64,000 nucleotides of DNA, taken from Spirochaetota bacterium. GTDB taxonomy: Bacteria; Spirochaetota; UBA4802; UBA5550. The notes below the pieces were generated by a model. It made no database searches, was not told where the DNA came from, and saw only the letters and a list, made by a program, of their open reading frames with translations. The stretch is taken from contig CAXXHB010000003.1 of the NCBI GenBank assembly GCA_963664815.2, positions 448,001-512,000 on the forward strand, given 5' to 3'. How positions within the stretch are numbered: position 1 is the stretch's first letter; each line of letters opens with the position of its first letter. The position numbers were made by a program, and so were the translations under genes. Positions 58,174 to 64,000 of the stretch are shown here, piece after piece.

Positions 58174-60594
58174 ATGAATATTTCCGAAAGAAAAGAATTA
58201 ATAAACAGCAGACTCCGTGAAATTGAGGAAGAAAGAATCCTCCTCGAAAAAGAATTGCAGGAACTCTCAACAGCAGAAACCCGTCCTGATATTATTGTTA
58301 TTCCCGCCTCATCAGCAATCCCTGATACTCCTGAAGAAAAGATTTCATTATTCCTTGAATTATTCAGGTGCCGAGAGGATGTATATCCGCATCGGTGGGA
58401 GAATAGTAAAACCGGGAAGAGCGGGTATTCACCGGTATGCGCCAATGAATGGAAACGCGGAATCTGCAATAAAATTCAGACTAAGTGTTCAGATTGTTTA
58501 TCCCGAGCCAGTTTACCTCTTGATGCTGAAGCTGTCAGATCACATCTTGAAGGTAAAGAAGTTATCGGTACTTATGCTATTCGTGAAGATGATACAACTA
58601 TATTTCTTGCGGCAGATTTTGACGGGACAGACTGGCATGATGATGTCATGCGGTATAAAAAAGCAGCAAATGAATTCGGTATTGATACTGCAGTTGAAAT
58701 CTCCCGTTCCGGTGAAGGTGCTCATGCATGGATATTCTTTACAGAACCTGTTACTGCTTTTTTAGCCAGGCGGCTGGGTACAGTTATAATGACAAGGGCA
58801 TTATCACTGTCAGGAAGTTTTAGTCTTGCCAGTTATGACAGGTTTTTTCCTAATCAGGACTATATCCCTGATGGAGGCTTTGGGAATCTCATTGCTCTTC
58901 CATTGCAATATATATCGAGAAAAGATGGCAGAACATTGTTTGTTAACGATGAATTCATACCGTTTCATAATCAGTGGGAGTATCTGGCGGGAGTAAAAAG
59001 ACTGTCGCGGGTAATGGCAGAAAGTATTCTTGATAATATCATCAGTTCAAAGGATCAGTTTGAACTGAGTAATTCGGATGAGAATGACATCAATTATGCG
59101 GAGAAAGATATTGACCTGTTAGCTGATGAAATAAATGAGAATATATATAATGGTACAGCCGAGATTCAGATTTCATCAATGTTGTCTATTGATGCACAGA
59201 ATTTGCCGTCAGGACTTTTATCTGCATTGCGCAGAATTACAACTTTTGCCAATCCTAAATTCTTTGAATTGCAGAGAATGAGGTTTTCAACATGGAATAC
59301 CCCCCGATATATCTGCTGTGCAGAATATGATGGAAGAATTGTTAAACTCCCAAGGGGTACACTTGATGTTTGCAGTGAGTTATTGGAACAGGCAGGAGCA
59401 TCGGTTATAATTAAAGATATAAGACCCCGGCATAACATGCTGAATATTACATTTAAAGGTGATCTCCGTGAAGATCAGAAAAAGGCAGTTGACGAAATAA
59501 TAAAGAATGAATTCGGGATACTTGTGTCACCACCCGGAACTGGTAAAACAGTAATTGGATGCAGTTTGATTGCCCGGAGGGGAGTATCAACATTAATACT
59601 GGTTCACAGGAAACAGCTTATAGATCAGTGGAAAGAACGCCTTGTGGAATTTCTGGATATTGATAAAAAAAGTATCGGTGTAATTGGTGGTGGAAGCAGT
59701 AAGAGTAAAGGAACTATTGATATAGCAATGCTGCAGACCATTTCACGGAAAAATGATGTCAATGAACTGCTTGCCGGATATGAGCAGATAATAATTGATG
59801 AATGTCATCATATACCTGCAGTATCATTTGAAGCAGCATTAAAAGATATACCCGCACGGTATGTAGTCGGACTCACAGCTACTCCATACAGGAAGGATGG
59901 TCTTCAGGCTATACTTTTTATGCAATGCGGACCCGTGAGATATATGATTGAAGAAACGAATGATCTTGATCTGAAAAAAAGAGTAATAGTAAGAGAGTCA
60001 TCCTTTAATCTGCCTGAGCATTCACGTACATTACCAATCTATGAAATATGGGAACATCTTGTAAATGATGATGACAGATTGGAACTAGTAGTAAGTGATA
60101 TAGTTTCTGCCATTAAAACCGGCAGAATTCCTCTTGTATTATCCGATCGGAAAGATCATTTATACAGGCTCAAGGAGAAGCTTGATGCCGAACATGATAT
60201 TCAGGGTGTAAAGGGTTTTATGCTTGAAGGAGTTCTTGGAAAAAAAGCAAGAGCTGCGATGATTATGGATATTAATGATTTGATTAAAAACGGAGACAAA
60301 ACATACATAATCTCAACAGGATCGCTAATTGGTGAAGGATTTGACATGCCGCAGCTTGATACACTCTTCCTGACAATGCCTCTTTCTTTTAAAGGGCGCA
60401 TAATACAGTATGCTGGGAGGCTGCACAGATCTTTCACAGGAAAGAAAGAAGTAATAATTTATGATTATTGCGATTCAAATATTGGTTTGACTGCTTCTAT
60501 GTTTAAAAAACGAGTGTCAGTATATAAAAACATCGGATATCAGATTGATTTAACCGGTAACCAGAAAATTGACAAATGGATTAATCATAACTGA
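58174..60594 (+). CDS. AEP primase-like domain (TOTE-associated type) fused to an SF2 DExH helicase
   Basis: LAADFD, SRSG.GAHAW, YDRFFPNQD and GNLIALPLQ, then PPGTGKT, DECHH, LTATP and QYAGRLHR. Confidence 0.85.
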   Translation: MNISERKELINSRLREIEEERILLEKELQELSTAETRPDIIVIPASSAIPDTPEEKISLFLELFRCREDVYPHRWENSKTGKSGYSPVCANEWKRGICNKIQTKCSDCLSRASLPLDAEAVRSHLEGKEVIGTYAIREDDTTIFLAADFDGTDWHDDVMRYKKAANEFGIDTAVEISRSGEGAHAWIFFTEPVTAFLARRLGTVIMTRALSLSGSFSLASYDRFFPNQDYIPDGGFGNLIALPLQYISRKDGRTLFVNDEFIPFHNQWEYLAGVKRLSRVMAESILDNIISSKDQFELSNSDENDINYAEKDIDLLADEINENIYNGTAEIQISSMLSIDAQNLPSGLLSALRRITTFANPKFFELQRMRFSTWNTPRYICCAEYDGRIVKLPRGTLDVCSELLEQAGASVIIKDIRPRHNMLNITFKGDLREDQKKAVDEIIKNEFGILVSPPGTGKTVIGCSLIARRGVSTLILVHRKQLIDQWKERLVEFLDIDKKSIGVIGGGSSKSKGTIDIAMLQTISRKNDVNELLAGYEQIIIDECHHIPAVSFEAALKDIPARYVVGLTATPYRKDGLQAILFMQCGPVRYMIEETNDLDLKKRVIVRESSFNLPEHSRTLPIYEIWEHLVNDDDRLELVVSDIVSAIKTGRIPLVLSDRKDHLYRLKEKLDAEHDIQGVKGFMLEGVLGKKARAAMIMDINDLIKNGDKTYIISTGSLIGEGFDMPQLDTLFLTMPLSFKGRIIQYAGRLHRSFTGKKEVIIYDYCDSNIGLTASMFKKRVSVYKNIGYQIDLTGNQKIDKWINHN

Positions 60595-60795
60595 TAGCAC
60601 TCGCTTTAAAATAGATACGTAAATAATCGGATATAAAATGAACATTGAATATATCATGTAATGCGTGTTAAAGTTGCAAAAATACAGAAAATTAAATAAT
60701 CAACTCAAACCTAATCATCACTTCCGTAAAATTTTTTACTTGAAAAAAACAATATGAAATATGAAAAGTTTAATATAATGAAAGAGGGATTTTTT

Positions 60796-61467
60796 ATGAA
60801 AAAACTTTTAATTGTCTGTTGTATGGTAATGTTTACATCTTCTCTTTTTGCTTTTGACCGGGGGGAAAAATACATTTACGGAGGCTTCGGACTTGGAGTA
60901 TCTGTTGGATGGTATAAACCTATAAGCGGAGCTGAAGCAGGAACAAAAACTGGGGGGAGCCCTTATCTTTTCAATGATCTGGAAAACAGGGAATGCCTGG
61001 CATGGAACATAGGGGCCGGCGGAGAATATTTCCTTTTAGAGAACCTCGCCCTTCTTGGTGGTATTTATTATGAATCACTCCCTATTAAAGGTGTATATCC
61101 CAAAAAAACAGCTTCAAGTGACCTGGAAATTACAACTGATTTCAAATACCTGTCTATCCCGGCAGGTTTTCACTATTACTTTCTGAAATATTTCCTGATT
61201 GGCGGCGGGCTCTATTATTCAAAAGTTCTTTCAGATGATACAACGGTAAAGTGTGGTTCATATGAAGAGACCGGCAGGCTTAAATCAAAAGATGACGTAG
61301 GGGCTTTTCTGGATCTGGGAACAGCGTTGAAGATTACCGAAACGGGCAATTTAATTATTTTTGCACGCGCCAAGACCGGCCGGACAGTGTCGGACAAAGA
61401 TGATTACAGGACTGATGTTCAGGTTTCCAGTTTAACCTTTAACGCTGCTTACGGCATCAGCTTTTAG
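60796..61467 (+). CDS. Outer-membrane beta-barrel protein
   Basis: Signal peptide MKKLLIV...LFA, YLSIP motif, amphipathic strands and a C-terminal YGISF. Confidence 0.78.
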   Translation: MKKLLIVCCMVMFTSSLFAFDRGEKYIYGGFGLGVSVGWYKPISGAEAGTKTGGSPYLFNDLENRECLAWNIGAGGEYFLLENLALLGGIYYESLPIKGVYPKKTASSDLEITTDFKYLSIPAGFHYYFLKYFLIGGGLYYSKVLSDDTTVKCGSYEETGRLKSKDDVGAFLDLGTALKITETGNLIIFARAKTGRTVSDKDDYRTDVQVSSLTFNAAYGISF

Positions 61468-61528
61468 TTGCCTGTCTTTATTCCGGAAGAGATTACATTT
61501 TCATCAGTTGAATAGAAAGGGATAAAAA

Positions 61529-62371
61529 ATGAAATACTACCACGTGGATGTTTTTTCTTCGGAACCGATGAGCGGTAACGGATTGACCGTTGTATTTCCA
61601 GGCAGGGAGATGGATGAAAAAACTCTTTTAAAAATTACAGGAGAGTTCAGACAGTTTGAAACAGTCTTTTTATATGCTGAGAAAAACGGATCGTTTCCTT
61701 TGCGGATATTTACCGTTGAAGAGGAACTTGAATTTGCAGGACATCCTCTGCTTGGGACTGCAGCCATAATACACAGAGAGTTTTACCCGGGTATTAAAAC
61801 GAAAAAAATAACCGTGAATATAAAAGGGAGGGAGCTGGTTCTTGAATCGGAGCTCAGCGGAAAGAACTGTTCGGTTACCATGAATCAGGGTTATCCGGAT
61901 TTTATAAACACTATTTCAGCAGTTGATTACCATGAGATTGTGCAGTCTCTGAATTTAACTCCCGGGGATATAGACTCCCGCTATCCCATGGAAGTTGTCT
62001 CCACCGGTCTTCCGTATTTACTGGTACCGTTAAGATTCGGCATTGACAGATGCAGAATTACAGATAAGGATTTTGAGCAGACATTAAGAGCCTTAGGGGC
62101 AAAATTTGTGTACTTATATGATACTGCCACCCTTGAATGCAGGACATGGGATAATTCCGGATTGGTGGAGGATGTGGCAACAGGGAGTGCGGCCGGTCCA
62201 CTGTGTGCGTATCTTGTTAAACATAAGATAAGAAAGGAAAATGAAAAAATATATCTTTTACAGGGTAAGTATGTAAACAGGCCATGTATGCTGGAGTGTA
62301 TGGTATCTTCCGGGGAAGTCTCTATAAAGGGGTCTGTTTCATTTTTTGCTCATGGTGAGCTTTATATTTAG
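61529..62371 (+). CDS. PhzF-family isomerase
   Basis: VDVF...GN, ETVF, EELEFAGHP and EDVATGSAAG motifs. Confidence 0.92.
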   Translation: MKYYHVDVFSSEPMSGNGLTVVFPGREMDEKTLLKITGEFRQFETVFLYAEKNGSFPLRIFTVEEELEFAGHPLLGTAAIIHREFYPGIKTKKITVNIKGRELVLESELSGKNCSVTMNQGYPDFINTISAVDYHEIVQSLNLTPGDIDSRYPMEVVSTGLPYLLVPLRFGIDRCRITDKDFEQTLRALGAKFVYLYDTATLECRTWDNSGLVEDVATGSAAGPLCAYLVKHKIRKENEKIYLLQGKYVNRPCMLECMVSSGEVSIKGSVSFFAHGELYI

Positions 62372-62939
62372 ATATACAGGATTCAAATATATCATATTAT
62401 TTTACTATTGAATTAAATTGTCATTCAGTCAATTTAATGGAGTGATAACGATAGAGAATTTAAAATCTGTTAAAAAAGTTAAAATTTCTCTCTCCGGTTT
62501 TGCGTTTCACCGGAGAATGCATTCGGAATGGCTGTGTACTAATCATTCCGGGATATGGAGCAGCAAAGTAAGGTGAAGAATACTTTGCAGTATTCTGAAA
62601 TACCACAAGAGGTTAAAGAATTTTGGAAACAATAAGTTCATTGAAGAGTTTAAGATGCTGGAAAGAATAAAAAAACAGTATAAGTTTGTTTTGATTTATT
62701 GGTGAATTTTTTTTGAAATTGTAAGAAAAAAATATATCTTATTTATTACCTGCGGCAGGAATTTTTAATAATTTTTTTGTAGAAATATTTTCTGTAATAT
62801 AAACTTATAAATTCCTGTGTCCACTCATCGACAGGAATAACTGCGGGGCAGTGGAGGGAAATTAATGAAATTCCGCCCTGGTCTGGAATATTTGCTTTTT
62901 TCAGGCGCTGTGTCAGTATTGTAATCCGGTTTATAACCT

Positions 62940-63596
62940 ATGAAAAAAATTTATAATTATAAACGTATAAGCAGAACAAACCGAATCCATGACCGGATTT
63001 TTGATCTGGGGAATGCAGGTTCGTTTACGGAGATCAGGATCAAACTGCCGGAGCCCCCGGATGAGTGCAGTATTGAAGGCACTTCTTTCAGAAGTGTCCA
63101 TATAATTAAATCGTGGAATGACAGCCGTATATTCACGGCTTACAGGAGCAGTGAATATACTGATATTCTTCTTATCGTATGGGAGGAGTACCCATTTTAT
63201 CCGCATATCGAGGAGGGTGGGGATTTCATGCTTCAGGTTCTTGCTTCAGATAAAGCGGTAAAGCATCTGATTATTGACAACACCTATGTGCGGTCAGGAT
63301 GGATGGATGAGAAGATGAGCAATTACCTGAATAACGGCTGGTTTCCCGGCCTTGTTGAACTGGGGCTTGAAGCTTTCTGCCACCTGCAGGCTGAAAGTTA
63401 TCTGGGAGAACTTTCTTTTAAAAGTTTTGGAGAGCTTGTATCAGGGAGCATAAGCGATATTGCTCAAAATCTTGATAAAAAACCCTTCGCTTATTTTCCG
63501 GTTAAAACATCAGAAATGAGTCAAGATGGCAGGATTGATGCTGATGTTCGAAATATAGCGCTTAAAAAAGCGCTGGATATAATTAAATCACTTTAA
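62940..63596 (+). CDS. Hypothetical protein, possibly STAS/SpoIIAA-like in the C-terminal half
   Basis: Long clean ORF with an IIDNT.V..GW...WFP.L...GL..F.H pattern. Confidence 0.55.
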   Translation: MKKIYNYKRISRTNRIHDRIFDLGNAGSFTEIRIKLPEPPDECSIEGTSFRSVHIIKSWNDSRIFTAYRSSEYTDILLIVWEEYPFYPHIEEGGDFMLQVLASDKAVKHLIIDNTYVRSGWMDEKMSNYLNNGWFPGLVELGLEAFCHLQAESYLGELSFKSFGELVSGSISDIAQNLDKKPFAYFPVKTSEMSQDGRIDADVRNIALKKALDIIKSL

Positions 63597-64000
63597 AGGA
63601 AAATCTCCCGCCGGAATTACCTGCTGTCTTGCCGCTAATTTGCCGCTTTACCGGGTGCCGGTATAATAAAAAAATGAATTGCAGAAAACATATCACAGGT
63701 TCGAATATTACAATATTCCGGGTGTCAGCCATTTTTAATACTGGAGATTTTGTATTAAATAAATCAGATTATTTATTTTTTATAAAACATGCTATAGCGC
63801 ATAACGGATTATTCAGGCAATGTCATCTCGAATGCATACTATGGCAAAGTTCAGCACAGGGGAGGGCGTTTAAAAAGAGACAGATGGCGGACTGATTTAA
63901 TAGTTATGCGTTGTTTGGAATATAATGAGTAAGATAATATAAGGAATAAGAGTTTGAAGAATATTGGAATACTGGTTTTTAATAACATTGAACTGCTGGA

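Noticed and set aside
49000-60700. Defence island as an integrative element or prophage
   Set aside because: No integrase, tRNA, att repeats or structural genes were found by eye.

Overview
A bacterial chromosomal segment of roughly 40-45% GC by eye. The FecR/LipL45-like lipoprotein, 7TM-DISM sensors and Big_2 lipoprotein suggest a spirochaete-like host, but that is inference. Contents from left to right: (1) a fatty-acid/acyl-CoA catabolism region (three acyl-CoA dehydrogenases, two enoyl-CoA hydratases, a Zn-dehydrogenase and a penicillin-acylase-family hydrolase), interrupted by a REP-like repeat/DUF559 unit with an IS1182-family element inserted into a palindrome; (2) menA and a GAF-LuxR-controlled flavoprotein/outer-membrane channel operon; (3) three membrane hybrid sensors (7TM-DISM, HisKA, HATPase, REC, LytTR), a surface-protein operon, a BrnTA toxin-antitoxin pair and a 1366-aa CstA-transporter/Cache/HAMP/adenylate-cyclase fusion. 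Three promoters in this region share the same 21-bp-period ACAGTT direct repeat followed by TTGACA; (4) a fourth acyl-CoA dehydrogenase, a CoA-transferase and a Crp/Fnr regulator whose likely palindromic site recurs upstream of both hydratases; (5) a defence island with HEPN-MNT, a type III RM system carrying a ParB-ABC-ATPase plus TOPRIM-like pair between mod and res, and an AEP primase-helicase; (6) an OMP, PhzF and a hypothetical protein. The best candidates for undescribed biology are the LytTR-controlled CstA-cyclase 'transceptor' circuit and the ParB-ATPase/TOPRIM module nested in the type III RM operon. All family calls come from motif recognition by eye; no database searches were run.
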